From: a virus
Lineage: Duplodnaviria > Caudoviricetes
IMG/VR virus record: IMGVR_UViG_3300038443_000257
Span: 1 to 64,000 of that record
Strand: one strand, 5' to 3'
DNA length: 64,000 bases
Shown: one piece after another, positions 27,294 through 36,524 of the stretch
How the letters are laid out: the number at the start of each line of letters is the position of its first letter
Numbering within the stretch: the first letter of the stretch is position 1
The notes under the pieces: generated by a model
Seen by the model: only the letters and a program-made list of their open reading frames with translations
Database searches by the model: none
Told to the model about the DNA's origin: nothing
Made by a program: the position numbers and the translations under genes

Positions 27294-27706
27294 GCACAAG
27301 CAATGCCCTGCTTCTGGCCCTCATGCTTGCAACAGGTGCAAATACGAAAGCTGCTGACGACATCTGCCTCAAGGCTGTAGCGTACAAGGAAGCAGGGAAT
27401 CAGCCAACACGAGGGGTCGCAGCCGTGATTCAAACTATCCGACACAGGGCCAAGAAACGTAAGAAGAGCGTGTGCAGTGTTGTGCGTGAGTCACATCAGT
27501 TTTCCTCTGTAAAGCGTGGCATGAATCTTAAGGCTGTAAAAATTCCTAAAAAGTTCTTGCACAAGTTTGCAGAGGCGAGTAAGATGCGAAGCGTTGTCAG
27601 GAGTTGTGTTGACAGTTTTCACTCAGGGGCACCGCCTAGTTGGGCAAGCAAGGGTAAGTTCGACAGGCGGATTGCAGATCATTCATTTTATTGTGTTGGT
27701 GTGTAG
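27290..27706 (+). CDS. SleB-like cell wall hydrolase (Hydrolase_2)
   Basis: Signal peptide, CLKAVAYKEAGNQ, VCSVV...QFS, IADHSFY. Confidence 0.88.
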   Translation: MSTSNALLLALMLATGANTKAADDICLKAVAYKEAGNQPTRGVAAVIQTIRHRAKKRKKSVCSVVRESHQFSSVKRGMNLKAVKIPKKFLHKFAEASKMRSVVRSCVDSFHSGAPPSWASKGKFDRRIADHSFYCVGV

Positions 27707-27714
27707 GAGGGGTT

Positions 27715-28050
27715 ATGTCAGTAAGTCACAGTGCGTTTCTTGGCATTGGTCGTCGGCTGTCAAGTGAAGAAGAGGTAAAGGAATTTCTGTTAGAGCATTA
27801 TAACGGGCTTGCAAAATGTCATGTTGAACAACTGAATGCAGGTTGGGATTTTGATGAGCTTCTTCCCTATCTGGAGGTCGATGTAAATTGCCTTGATTGC
27901 TATAATGGCGATGATTGGTTTGTTGGCTTTCGTGTTGGCAAAACTCAACAGGCTAATGAGCTTTCTGACAACGTGGCAGATGCAGTAAACCTTTGGGAGC
28001 AGGGGTTTCCCGGTGTTGAAAGTCGTGTTATTTCAGTGATTTATAGCTAA
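27715..28050 (+). CDS. hypothetical protein
   Basis: SD AGGAGG. Confidence 0.75.
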   Translation: MSVSHSAFLGIGRRLSSEEEVKEFLLEHYNGLAKCHVEQLNAGWDFDELLPYLEVDVNCLDCYNGDDWFVGFRVGKTQQANELSDNVADAVNLWEQGFPGVESRVISVIYS

Positions 28051-28066
28051 TTTTAAGGAGAAGAAG

Positions 28067-28261
28067 ATGACGAAAGAAGAAGCACAAAAAGCCATTGCAT
28101 ACAAACTGGCTGAGATTAGTGTTCTGTACCAAGAATGTGCAGAAATCGCAGAGAAAGCAAACGTGTATTTTCACTATAATGGTCCAGCAGGTTACGGTGA
28201 TGGTGGTTCGTACTGGCCCGGTTACGATGAGGGCTGGTCTGCTTCGTCCCAAAGCTGCTAA
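28067..28261 (+). CDS. small protein ending GWSASSQSC
   Basis: SD AAGGAG; paralogue of next gene. Confidence 0.8.
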   Translation: MTKEEAQKAIAYKLAEISVLYQECAEIAEKANVYFHYNGPAGYGDGGSYWPGYDEGWSASSQSC

Positions 28262-28289
28262 CAATTTAAATTTTTTTAAGGAGAAAATA

Positions 28290-28736
28290 ATGCAAGAAAT
28301 CATTATTGATGGTGTAAATCTGAACGAGATGAAGGTTAAGCATGATGCTCTGCAAGCTGAGATGCAACAGGCTCGTAACAGTATTCGTCAAGGTGCTGCT
28401 AAGTTCATTGCTGAGAAGATTGCAGAGGGGAAGAAAATTGTAGATGAACTGCTTGAGGAAGAAAACGATAAAGAAAAGGTTGAAGACCTTGCAAGTAAAG
28501 CTTTTGATCTTTTGTCCGCAGCAAGTTTTGTTAGCGATGTTGCTGGTGTTGCGTTCGACCTGCCTTACTATGACCGTCAAAGCGATTATTACCCTGACGG
28601 TACTCCTTACAGCAATCGCTTTGACGACAACGAGAATGGGCTGATTGAGTACGACAATCCTGCTATCAGCAAACTTTGGGGTTTGCTTGAAAGCATGGAA
28701 TCTGAAGTTCAAGATTGGAACACATCTTATTGCTAA
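28290..28736 (+). CDS. acidic protein ending DWNTSYC
   Basis: SD AAGGAG; shares helix-strand segment and C-terminal motif with previous gene. Confidence 0.8.
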   Translation: MQEIIIDGVNLNEMKVKHDALQAEMQQARNSIRQGAAKFIAEKIAEGKKIVDELLEEENDKEKVEDLASKAFDLLSAASFVSDVAGVAFDLPYYDRQSDYYPDGTPYSNRFDDNENGLIEYDNPAISKLWGLLESMESEVQDWNTSYC

Positions 28737-28753
28737 TGTAAAGGAAGCTTGAC

Positions 28754-29662
28754 ATGATTTTGATTGGTAGCTGCGCGTTGCAGCAGCATGTAAAACTGCC
28801 CGATGGACGTAAGATTTCTGACCAAGACTACGTGGGTACTTACGAAGAAGCGATGGAATTGCGTAAGCAAATCAATGCAACCGTATGCTTTCCAATCAAC
28901 GGGGGAAAGTCTATCTATATGCGTGGCAAAGACGGCTCTATCGTAGAAGTGGAGATCGCTTGGCCTGACAGTATGGCAGAGCGACTTGTCAAGTTTGTTG
29001 AGTCTCAGGAGGATAATCTTACCAGTTATATTGATGTCATTATTCCGTCCCTTGACGTGCTGTACTTGTTAAAGCTTTCGCACAGGTACAAAAAAGATTC
29101 TCCACATTGGTTGAAGACTCTTCGTGACATTCAGTTCATGCGAAAGCTTGGTGCTAAGATTCGTCCTGAGCACGAAGAATTCTTAAAACAGCGGGAGAAG
29201 GAAACTTACGATAACATTCTGCCAAAACTGAGCCAAAGTAAAAATGGATTCTTTAAAGATGACATCTATACGTGGGACCACGATACTATCCATCAAGCAG
29301 TTGCTATTGGCAGTCGTCCAGCGTATCTGGAATTCAAACCTGCGGATAGCGAAGTTATGGTGAGTAAGAAGATGTGGGACGAATGTTCTGACCAAATCAA
29401 GCTTAATGCTGCGTATGAAGAAATCTGTGTTTTATGCATTGAGCGTGCGCTGGTGCCTTTTCCTGATAAGTGGCCCAACCCTAAAAAAGCATTTGATCTT
29501 GCACACATGAAACTCGGGAGCAGCATTAGTGGCGGGTGGTTTCGCGAGTTCGTTTACGAGAGGTACGACGACATCCAAGCGATGTACAGCGACGAGTTTG
29601 TAACTAAATTTGAACAAGGGCTTGCGACAGGTGTTGTTAAGCCACATAGAGGAGGTAAATAA
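28754..29662 (+). CDS. Pol-beta superfamily nucleotidyltransferase-like protein
   Basis: LIGS.AL...SDQDY motif, third acidic VEVEI, LKLSHRY, DHDTIH. Confidence 0.75.
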   Translation: MILIGSCALQQHVKLPDGRKISDQDYVGTYEEAMELRKQINATVCFPINGGKSIYMRGKDGSIVEVEIAWPDSMAERLVKFVESQEDNLTSYIDVIIPSLDVLYLLKLSHRYKKDSPHWLKTLRDIQFMRKLGAKIRPEHEEFLKQREKETYDNILPKLSQSKNGFFKDDIYTWDHDTIHQAVAIGSRPAYLEFKPADSEVMVSKKMWDECSDQIKLNAAYEEICVLCIERALVPFPDKWPNPKKAFDLAHMKLGSSISGGWFREFVYERYDDIQAMYSDEFVTKFEQGLATGVVKPHRGGK

Positions 29663-29874
29663 TGAAATCTTATGTAGAAGTGGCAGTAACAATCTATAAG
29701 AATATTCTTGTTGAGGTTGAACATGGAGCTGAACACCACGAAGACGAGATTGTTGATATGGCTGTGGATGCACTGGATGCACCTGCCGATTCTGTGATTG
29801 AGGTGACGGGAGTGCTAGACAAGAAGCCTAGCGATAGAGACATGGCACTGTATGATGAGTTTCAGGAGGTATGA
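29662..29874 (+). CDS. acidic hypothetical protein
   Basis: SD GGAGG. Confidence 0.7.
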   Translation: MKSYVEVAVTIYKNILVEVEHGAEHHEDEIVDMAVDALDAPADSVIEVTGVLDKKPSDRDMALYDEFQEV

Positions 29875-30077
29875 TGAACGACAACCTAATGAAAAACTTT
29901 GAAGCACGTATGGCAGACAAGAAAGCTAACAAGCCTGTGCTGCACGACTTCACGGCAGAATTCAAAATTGGGCTGAAAGCGATTGACGAAGAGACGGCAC
30001 AACAAACTGTCGATATCATTAGTAAGCATCTTGAGAGTTTTGAGGATATTGAGAGTGCTAAGGGGGTGTTGAAGTGA
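29871..30077 (+). CDS. hypothetical protein
   Basis: Coupled ORF. Confidence 0.7.
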   Translation: MMNDNLMKNFEARMADKKANKPVLHDFTAEFKIGLKAIDEETAQQTVDIISKHLESFEDIESAKGVLK

Positions 30078-30388
30078 AAAAGACAATCCGAGTCGTCATC
30101 GAAAAAGAATACGAAATCGAACTGAAAGACAACATTCTTACACAAGAAAACATCAAAGAGTTTGAGTCTTACATGTGGGAACTTGATGGTGATACGCTGG
30201 AAGCGAAACAGGAAGAACTGTTCAAGTTTGCTGCACGCCAAATTGCAGAGTATGACGTAGATTTTGTAGAAGGTTTGGGCAACGTCTGCAAGGCTAGTAT
30301 GGTGGGGTATTATGAACGAAACGGCGCTGTCATGAATGTTGTGTGGAATGACACGTATGAAGATGTTGAGACGGAGGTGGTGGGGTGA
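30074..30388 (+). CDS. acidic hypothetical protein
   Basis: Coupled ORF, FVEGLG motif. Confidence 0.7.
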   Translation: MKKTIRVVIEKEYEIELKDNILTQENIKEFESYMWELDGDTLEAKQEELFKFAARQIAEYDVDFVEGLGNVCKASMVGYYERNGAVMNVVWNDTYEDVETEVVG

Positions 30389-30681
30389 CACACGAAGAAC
30401 GCCTAGCAGGCCTAGACCGCTATGATCTTACAAATGTTATCGAGCTTGCAAAGAAAAAGCTTGCTGTGTTGCAAGACGCAGATAAAGAAGAATATTATGT
30501 TGTGTCCGATGAATGGACCAACATTGGATTTTTCCGCAAAGATAATCTTGAGGGCGCTATTAAGATTATGACAGAGGTGTTACGTGGTGGTGCTGTCAAG
30601 GAGCGGGGAGATTATGTGCAGATTCAACTGCAACGTTGGTATGCGGATGAAGTGGAAGATTTGGTAAAGGGGCATGAATGA
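30385..30681 (+). CDS. hypothetical protein
   Basis: Coupled ORF. Confidence 0.7.
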   Translation: MTHEERLAGLDRYDLTNVIELAKKKLAVLQDADKEEYYVVSDEWTNIGFFRKDNLEGAIKIMTEVLRGGAVKERGDYVQIQLQRWYADEVEDLVKGHE

Positions 30682-31658
30682 TTGAATGTAGAGGTAAAGG
30701 AAGTGTTGCACGAATCCTCAAGGACAGTGTAAGTCCTTCCGGACATCGGCTTACGACGATGGAAATTGAAGTGCCCCGCATTGTATGGTGCGAATTCCTC
30801 ACACACGGCATGCTTGCTCGTAATGCACATAGTAGCCGAGCTATTCCGTTCAATAAGATGATTGAGCAGCTTACGGGTAAGCCTGTGCGATTTGGCGAGG
30901 CTAACAAAGGTATGCAGGATAAGGGCGAAGAGTTTGGCAACCTCATCAAGATTGTTCGGCACTCCGGAACTTATTTGTACACCCCGCAAGAAGCATGGGA
31001 ATTAGCTAAAGAAGATGCTGTTGAGTGGTCAAAAGCATATTATGAAGCGGGATACCATAAACAAGTTTACAACCGCCTAACTGAAGCATTTCAAATGATT
31101 AAGGCTGTTGTGTCTGCTACGGAGTGGGACAACTACTATTGGCTTCGTGACGATGTTGCAGCCGATCCAACTCTTCACGATCTGGCTAGTACAATGCGTA
31201 AGGCTCATGAGCAAAGTGTTCCGCAACTGCTTCAACCGGGTGAATGGCACCTACCGTACGTCGATGAAACTCGGGTAAATGGACAACAGTTTTTCTATAT
31301 TGTAGATGCTGAAGGTGTTGAACATTTTGTATCACTGGAGCAGGCAATTAAAGTATCTTCGGCCCGAACAGGCGCAGTTTCGTTCCGTGCTGTTGATTAC
31401 GGCCTTGAACAATGTTTGCGAGTGTACGACAAGCTTGTTGGTGACGATAGGAAGCATGCTTCTGCTATGCAGCATCAGGCAACGCCGATGAAAGATGCGC
31501 ATTTCCTTAATGGTGTCAATATTGCAGGCATTGCTTCTACTTGGGAGCCCGGTGTTAGCCACGCCGACCGTGAAGGTGGCCTTTGGAGTGCACAGTTCTG
31601 CGGATGGATCATGAATCGTAAACGTATTCCGGGCGAGAATTACAAGGCACCAAAATAA
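30678..31658 (+). CDS. thyX: flavin-dependent thymidylate synthase-like protein
   Basis: EFLTH...RNAHSSRAIP, HKQVYNRL, HASAMQHQATP. Confidence 0.85.
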   Translation: MIECRGKGSVARILKDSVSPSGHRLTTMEIEVPRIVWCEFLTHGMLARNAHSSRAIPFNKMIEQLTGKPVRFGEANKGMQDKGEEFGNLIKIVRHSGTYLYTPQEAWELAKEDAVEWSKAYYEAGYHKQVYNRLTEAFQMIKAVVSATEWDNYYWLRDDVAADPTLHDLASTMRKAHEQSVPQLLQPGEWHLPYVDETRVNGQQFFYIVDAEGVEHFVSLEQAIKVSSARTGAVSFRAVDYGLEQCLRVYDKLVGDDRKHASAMQHQATPMKDAHFLNGVNIAGIASTWEPGVSHADREGGLWSAQFCGWIMNRKRIPGENYKAPK

Positions 31659-31662
31659 GGTG

Positions 31663-31691
31663 TTGACAAGCCTCTCAACCTCCGCCATAAT
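31663..31691 (+). promoter_or_regulatory. sigma70 promoter
   Basis: TTGACA-17-CATAAT. Confidence 0.75.
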
Positions 31692-31743
31692 TCTTTCGTG
31701 CTCTACAAGGCACATTTCTAAAACAACTAAGAAAGGTAACACC

Positions 31744-32103
31744 ATGAAGAAAATTATCACCGCTCTGTTCCTGTCCATGCTGGCCTCGTCGGCATTCGCG
31801 CAAATCGCTGTCTCGGCATCTTACGAAGCCCCTACACTGGCATCGGATGCAAAAGATGGTCGGCGCCCTGCTCCGTCGCTGAGCGATTGCTGTGGCGTTC
31901 CTGTGTCTGCTACGGCTGTTGCTTCGGATGTCTCTGCCCCGTCCGTTGGCGCAATGGGCTGCTGCGGTGTCCCTGTCTCGGCTCCTCAGTATGCCAAGAA
32001 AGATGAAGACAATTCGGATTCGTTGGCAATGGCAGGCTTGGGCTTCGGCCTGTTTGGTCTGGTAGGTGTGAGCAAGCTGGCTCGTCGGAAGAAGCAGAAG
32101 TAA
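31744..32103 (+). CDS. secreted, C-terminally anchored protein resembling PEP-CTERM proteins
   Basis: Signal peptide ..SSAFA, CCGVPVSA x2, Gly/Leu TM helix, ARRKKQK tail. Confidence 0.8.
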   Translation: MKKIITALFLSMLASSAFAQIAVSASYEAPTLASDAKDGRRPAPSLSDCCGVPVSATAVASDVSAPSVGAMGCCGVPVSAPQYAKKDEDNSDSLAMAGLGFGLFGLVGVSKLARRKKQK

Positions 32104-32118
32104 TGTTCTAGCGAACAT

Positions 32119-32145
32119 AGAGGGCCGAAAGGCTCTCTTTCGTTT
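32119..32145 (+). terminator. rho-independent terminator
   Basis: AGAGGGCC-GAAA-GGCTCTCT then T-rich. Confidence 0.8.
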
Positions 32146-32161
32146 AATTTGAGGAGGTTGT

Positions 32162-32395
32162 ATGCAGGAAATTAAAGGGAAGCTGTTGTATTATTCATAT
32201 AACGAGGAAGATGTTCTCTTCTGCTATCCGCCCAATGAGAAGTGGTTTTTAGAGGTGTATCCTTCCAGTCTTGAATTGTGGGAGAACTCCGACCCGGCAG
32301 AGTTCATTGAAAGATTTGCACCGGAGGACTTTGAAAAAGCGATCAGTAAGGCCGAAGGTATTTTTGGCGATCTTCCTGCACGTTTTGGTAATTAA
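32162..32395 (+). CDS. hypothetical protein
   Basis: SD GAGGAGG. Confidence 0.7.
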   Translation: MQEIKGKLLYYSYNEEDVLFCYPPNEKWFLEVYPSSLELWENSDPAEFIERFAPEDFEKAISKAEGIFGDLPARFGN

Positions 32396-32404
32396 GGAGA
32401 AATC

Positions 32405-32641
32405 ATGAAAAAGCTTATCACAATTGCAGCAGTGGCTGTCACCCTGACGGGCTGTTCCAGTTACGACCACAACGAATGCCGTAATAGTGTCGTGCGAGAC
32501 GTTGGCACGCAGGACGTTGTAGAAGTTCACTCTTGGCGTTTCGTTGCTCGTGATGCTCATGGTGCGATCTGGTACTACGAGACGATGAATCAGTTGGATA
32601 CGCGAATTAGCAAGAAACAGCCTTTGTTTGCCGCACCATGA
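32405..32641 (+). CDS. lipoprotein
   Basis: MKKLITIAAVAVTLTGC lipobox. Confidence 0.8.
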   Translation: MKKLITIAAVAVTLTGCSSYDHNECRNSVVRDVGTQDVVEVHSWRFVARDAHGAIWYYETMNQLDTRISKKQPLFAAP

Positions 32642-32798
32642 AATCCTACAAAGTGGTAGTGGAGCACGATGACCATTTGTACAAGATTGGTACGATTGTT
32701 AAAGTGGCCTATTATTGTGGCTCTGGCGAGTACGCTTGGTATGTAGATGACGAGGGCACTTGGCAGATCTTACATTCTAGTGAAATTGAGGAGGTTGT

Positions 32799-33026
32799 AT
32801 GATTTTGATCTTACTTGCAGTAGCGGGATTGGTGCTTGTATGGGGTTCTGTCTCCATCGTTAGGCTTGGAATTGTGCATAATCATATCTGCCATAGAATC
32901 GACGAAGTTTATGAATCAGAGGATTGGTACAAATACCCGATAGACGTTGATGGCACGTACAATTTAGCGCTATGGGATTATCGCAAATGGTCTTACAAAC
33001 AATTCTTTCCAGAGGAGGTTGTATGA
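32799..33026 (+). CDS. membrane-anchored hypothetical protein
   Basis: N-terminal TM helix, SD GAGGAGG. Confidence 0.7.
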   Translation: MILILLAVAGLVLVWGSVSIVRLGIVHNHICHRIDEVYESEDWYKYPIDVDGTYNLALWDYRKWSYKQFFPEEVV

Positions 33027-33174
33027 AAGAAGTCTTTGAAGATTTAATCTTGCTACTCAAGCTCAACAGCGACCAGTATTTCTACGAAGCTGAGGACGGT
33101 TCAGATGTGTTCGATGCTACAGCGCTCTACTCGGAGATTAGAGGGTTTGCTGAGGAATTTCAGAAGAGGATTCA

Positions 33175-33384
33175 ATGAATATCATCGATAAAATCGAGCA
33201 ACAGTGGCTTTCGTACGTGGGTGAGACAGGACGTATGCCAAAGTATCTCTACATGGGTCAACAAGAGGCTACAGCACTAGACAAACTCAAGGGCATGTTC
33301 GTCATCTCGCACAAGGATATGTTTGTTGTTATGGTGGAGAAGGATTCGTGGCTGAGTGTTGGGGATCGGTATGAAGAAGCCTGA
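33175..33384 (+). CDS. hypothetical protein
   Basis: SD GAGG, coupled. Confidence 0.65.
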   Translation: MNIIDKIEQQWLSYVGETGRMPKYLYMGQQEATALDKLKGMFVISHKDMFVVMVEKDSWLSVGDRYEEA

Positions 33385-33556
33385 GCGCAAGGATTTTGTT
33401 ACGGATGCTCTGTACGATGCTGCGCTTGATGCGTTTATTACGTATTCGTTGACTAAGATTTTTGACAGCCTTATCTCTGAATGAGAGTCAATGGACTCAG
33501 AAATAGCTGCTGTGCTGATGGACAATTTGTGGGAACTCTACGAGGATTAATGGCTT

Positions 33557-33730
33557 ATGAACAAATATAAGATTCATATCGAAGATGGCGTTATCACTGT
33601 GTGCCTGATTAAAGAAGAGTCTGTTCGCGCATTCTACTTCGATGCAGGCGGTGATGAGGAAGGCACTGCACAAGAGATGTACGATTTGCTTTTGAGTACG
33701 GGTGTCGATGTGGATGAGTGGGAGGGTTGA
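33557..33730 (+). CDS. hypothetical protein (paralogue of 33911, not in ORF track)
   Basis: AQEMYDLL...EG stop. Confidence 0.65.
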   Translation: MNKYKIHIEDGVITVCLIKEESVRAFYFDAGGDEEGTAQEMYDLLLSTGVDVDEWEG

Positions 33731-33900
33731 TGGGTTATCAAACTAATAAAGAGGAGTTGTGTCAAGACTCATATTGGGTACAGCAAGGGCACACTGAAGA
33801 TGAAGACGGAAATCCTTTAGTAAGTCGTTGTGAATGGGTGGTTGACAGTACGTACAGCGATGTTTGTAAAACTTGTGGTGCTATAGCTTGGTATGGATAG
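33730..33900 (+). CDS. small Cys-containing protein
   Basis: C..CEW..CKTCG. Confidence 0.6.
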   Translation: MGYQTNKEELCQDSYWVQQGHTEDEDGNPLVSRCEWVVDSTYSDVCKTCGAIAWYG

Positions 33901-33910
33901 TGGGGGATTG

Positions 33911-34093
33911 ATGCAAGATAAATTTGAAATTGAGGTGCACGGTGATGGTGTACAAGTGTGGGCCATCAATTGGAAAGGTGGGGCTGGACTAGCCTCGGAA
34001 TTCTACAAGTCCCAAACATTCCATGAGATTGCACAAGAACTTTATGACTTGTTGGCAATGAGTGGGCACGAGGTGAAGTTTAAGGAGGGTTGA
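33911..34093 (+). CDS. hypothetical protein (paralogue of 33557)
   Basis: AQELYDLL...EG stop. Confidence 0.65.
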   Translation: MQDKFEIEVHGDGVQVWAINWKGGAGLASEFYKSQTFHEIAQELYDLLAMSGHEVKFKEG

Positions 34094-35875
34094 TTGTCTG
34101 AGATTGCTGAAAAGTACGGCATAGACTTAACGAGGGACCATAAAACGGGTTGCCCTCGCTGTATTCGTGAAGGTGGTGACAATAGCCGTAACAATCTTCA
34201 TGTGTATGGCAGTACAGAGAGTGCCTATTGCTTCGCCTGCTCTTGGACAATTCCTAGCAGGGAACATCGTGAAGCGATGGGATGGGTTGAGGAAGATGAA
34301 GAATGTGAAGGGGGTGAAGTAGTGACAAAAGAACGGATTACTCCAGAAGAAAACGAAGCAATCAAGAAATACACGTCCACTAAGTCTAAAGGATGGCGCG
34401 GCATCAGAGATGAATCCAACGTGGCTTACGGCATTCGCTATGAGTATGACAAAGAGACTGGCGAACCTATTAAGCAGTACGTCCCAACCACGATTAATAA
34501 CGAGCTTGTAGGATACAAGACTCGCAAATTCCCGAAAGACTTTGGCGCACCCATCGGCATCACGGGGAAGGAGTGCCAACTTGCAGGGCAGTTCCGCTAC
34601 AAAAACGGCGGTAAAACTGTTCTGATTGTCGGCGGAGAAGTCGATATGGTTTCTGCTGAGCAAATGTTACGAGAGAATCAAGAGCGTCGTGGTTATGGTG
34701 ACTACGAGGCTTTTGCTGTTGTTGCCCCTACGATTGGAGAGAGTGGCGCTGACAAGCAGATTCAAGCGCAGTATGAATGGTTGAACAGCTTCGATAAAAT
34801 TGTTGTGGGGTTGGACAACGATGATGCTGGCAAGAAGGCTACGGAGAAGATTCTTAAAGTTCTTCCTCGTAACAAGGTATTCGTTGCAGAGTGGAGCCTG
34901 AAAGACCCAAACGAGTTTCTTGTTAAAGGCAAGGAAAAGCAATTCGTCAATGAGTTCTGGAAAGCCAAGCCGTACACGCCATCTGGTATCGTCAGCAGCA
35001 CATCCATCTATGACGAGATTGTAGAGCGAAGCAAACAGCAGAAGTTGCCATTTCCACCAATGTTGAATAAACTGAATAAGATGCTTGCTGGAGGTATCAA
35101 TTGGGGCTATATCGTCAACATTCTAGCTGGTTCTGGCAGCGGTAAATCGTCCCTTACTAATCAGTGTATCGCTTACTGGATGGAAGAGTGTGACCAAGCT
35201 GTTCTAGTTGCCAGTCTAGAGGCGGAAGCAGCAGAATTCGGTGAAAACCTACTGAGCTACAAGATGGGTCGTAAAATTGCTATGATTTCTGATCCTCAAG
35301 AGAAGATCGATTTCGTTGGCAGTAAAGATGCTGAAGAAGCTGCGTACAATCTGTTCAACAAACCTGATGGTACTCCGCGTCTGTATCTGCTGGATGATCG
35401 AGGCGACTACAGCAAGCTTCAGGAAAAGATTGAAGAGGTTATTGTGTCTTGTGGCGTCCGTGTCTGTGTTATCGACGTTATCTCGGATGTGTTCAGCGGC
35501 ATGTCGATTGAGCAAATTGACCTGTGGATGGCTTGGGAGAAGAAGCTTGTCAAGCAGTACAATTGTATTCTTGTACAAGTGGCGCACACCCGCAAGGGCG
35601 GAAGTGGGGAGAAATCTGCAAGTCAAGGTAAGTTTCTTACTGAGGAGAGTATCATTGGCTCGGGTACGCAGTATCGTTCGGCAGGTATCAATATCGCTCT
35701 GCAACGTGACAAAACTGCCGAAGACTTCTTGGTACGCAACACCACGCAAGTGCATCTGCTGAAGTCGCGCGCTACGGGCATGACTGGCTTGGCTTGCGAG
35801 TTATTCTATGACGCCGACGCACACGTACTTTGGGACAAGGATGAGTATATGATGGCCCATCCGCAGGAGTTCTGA
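34094..35875 (+). CDS. T7 gp4-like primase-helicase
   Basis: CPRC..CFAC zinc finger, TOPRIM GGEVD / LDNDDAG / KDPNE, Walker A AGSGSGKS. Confidence 0.93.
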   Translation: MSEIAEKYGIDLTRDHKTGCPRCIREGGDNSRNNLHVYGSTESAYCFACSWTIPSREHREAMGWVEEDEECEGGEVVTKERITPEENEAIKKYTSTKSKGWRGIRDESNVAYGIRYEYDKETGEPIKQYVPTTINNELVGYKTRKFPKDFGAPIGITGKECQLAGQFRYKNGGKTVLIVGGEVDMVSAEQMLRENQERRGYGDYEAFAVVAPTIGESGADKQIQAQYEWLNSFDKIVVGLDNDDAGKKATEKILKVLPRNKVFVAEWSLKDPNEFLVKGKEKQFVNEFWKAKPYTPSGIVSSTSIYDEIVERSKQQKLPFPPMLNKLNKMLAGGINWGYIVNILAGSGSGKSSLTNQCIAYWMEECDQAVLVASLEAEAAEFGENLLSYKMGRKIAMISDPQEKIDFVGSKDAEEAAYNLFNKPDGTPRLYLLDDRGDYSKLQEKIEEVIVSCGVRVCVIDVISDVFSGMSIEQIDLWMAWEKKLVKQYNCILVQVAHTRKGGSGEKSASQGKFLTEESIIGSGTQYRSAGINIALQRDKTAEDFLVRNTTQVHLLKSRATGMTGLACELFYDADAHVLWDKDEYMMAHPQEF

Positions 35876-36456
35876 TGAGGGCGCCTGCTAAACCCCTGCC
35901 TACAAATTTGGACGAGCATTTCGTGTACGATGAAACCAGCCCGAGTGCCCTTCGTTGGAAAAGTGACAGGTACGCTAACGGGCTAATCAAGAGGTTGGTT
36001 GTTCGTGCTGGAGATGTTGCAGGGCATCTCCGCAAGGATGGATACTGGGCTGTGAAGCTGTTTGAAGAAGCTATCAAAGTTCATCGGATTGTTTACCAGC
36101 TTCATAATCCGGAGCGTGATATGTCTGATATAATTCTTGACCATGTTGACGGAGATAGTAGCAACAACACGTACAGCAATCTTAAGCCCTCGTCGGACTA
36201 CAGCAATGGAAAGAACAAGGCCAAGTACAAGAACAATTCTACAGGTGTTTCTGGAATATATCTCAAGACTGGTAACTATGCGGGAAGCTATGTTGCCACT
36301 TGGCGCACTCTTGATAAGATTCCTATGCGGAAGTTGTTCTCGATTTCCAAGCTAGGCAACGACGAAGCTTTTCGCCAAGCCTGTGAATATCGTGCTAAGA
36401 TGATTGCTGAACTAAACGAGCAAGGTGCTAACTACACAGAGCGTCACGGCACTTAA
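35875..36456 (+). CDS. HNH homing endonuclease
   Basis: VHRIVY..DHVDGDSSNN..NL, NNSTGVSGI, RKLFSISKLG. Confidence 0.88.
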   Translation: MRAPAKPLPTNLDEHFVYDETSPSALRWKSDRYANGLIKRLVVRAGDVAGHLRKDGYWAVKLFEEAIKVHRIVYQLHNPERDMSDIILDHVDGDSSNNTYSNLKPSSDYSNGKNKAKYKNNSTGVSGIYLKTGNYAGSYVATWRTLDKIPMRKLFSISKLGNDEAFRQACEYRAKMIAELNEQGANYTERHGT

Positions 36457-36524
36457 ATTATCGATTGACACGAGCGTACAGAGTTTGCTATAATTCTTAC
36501 GCTCTAACATTTTAAGGAGGGAAG

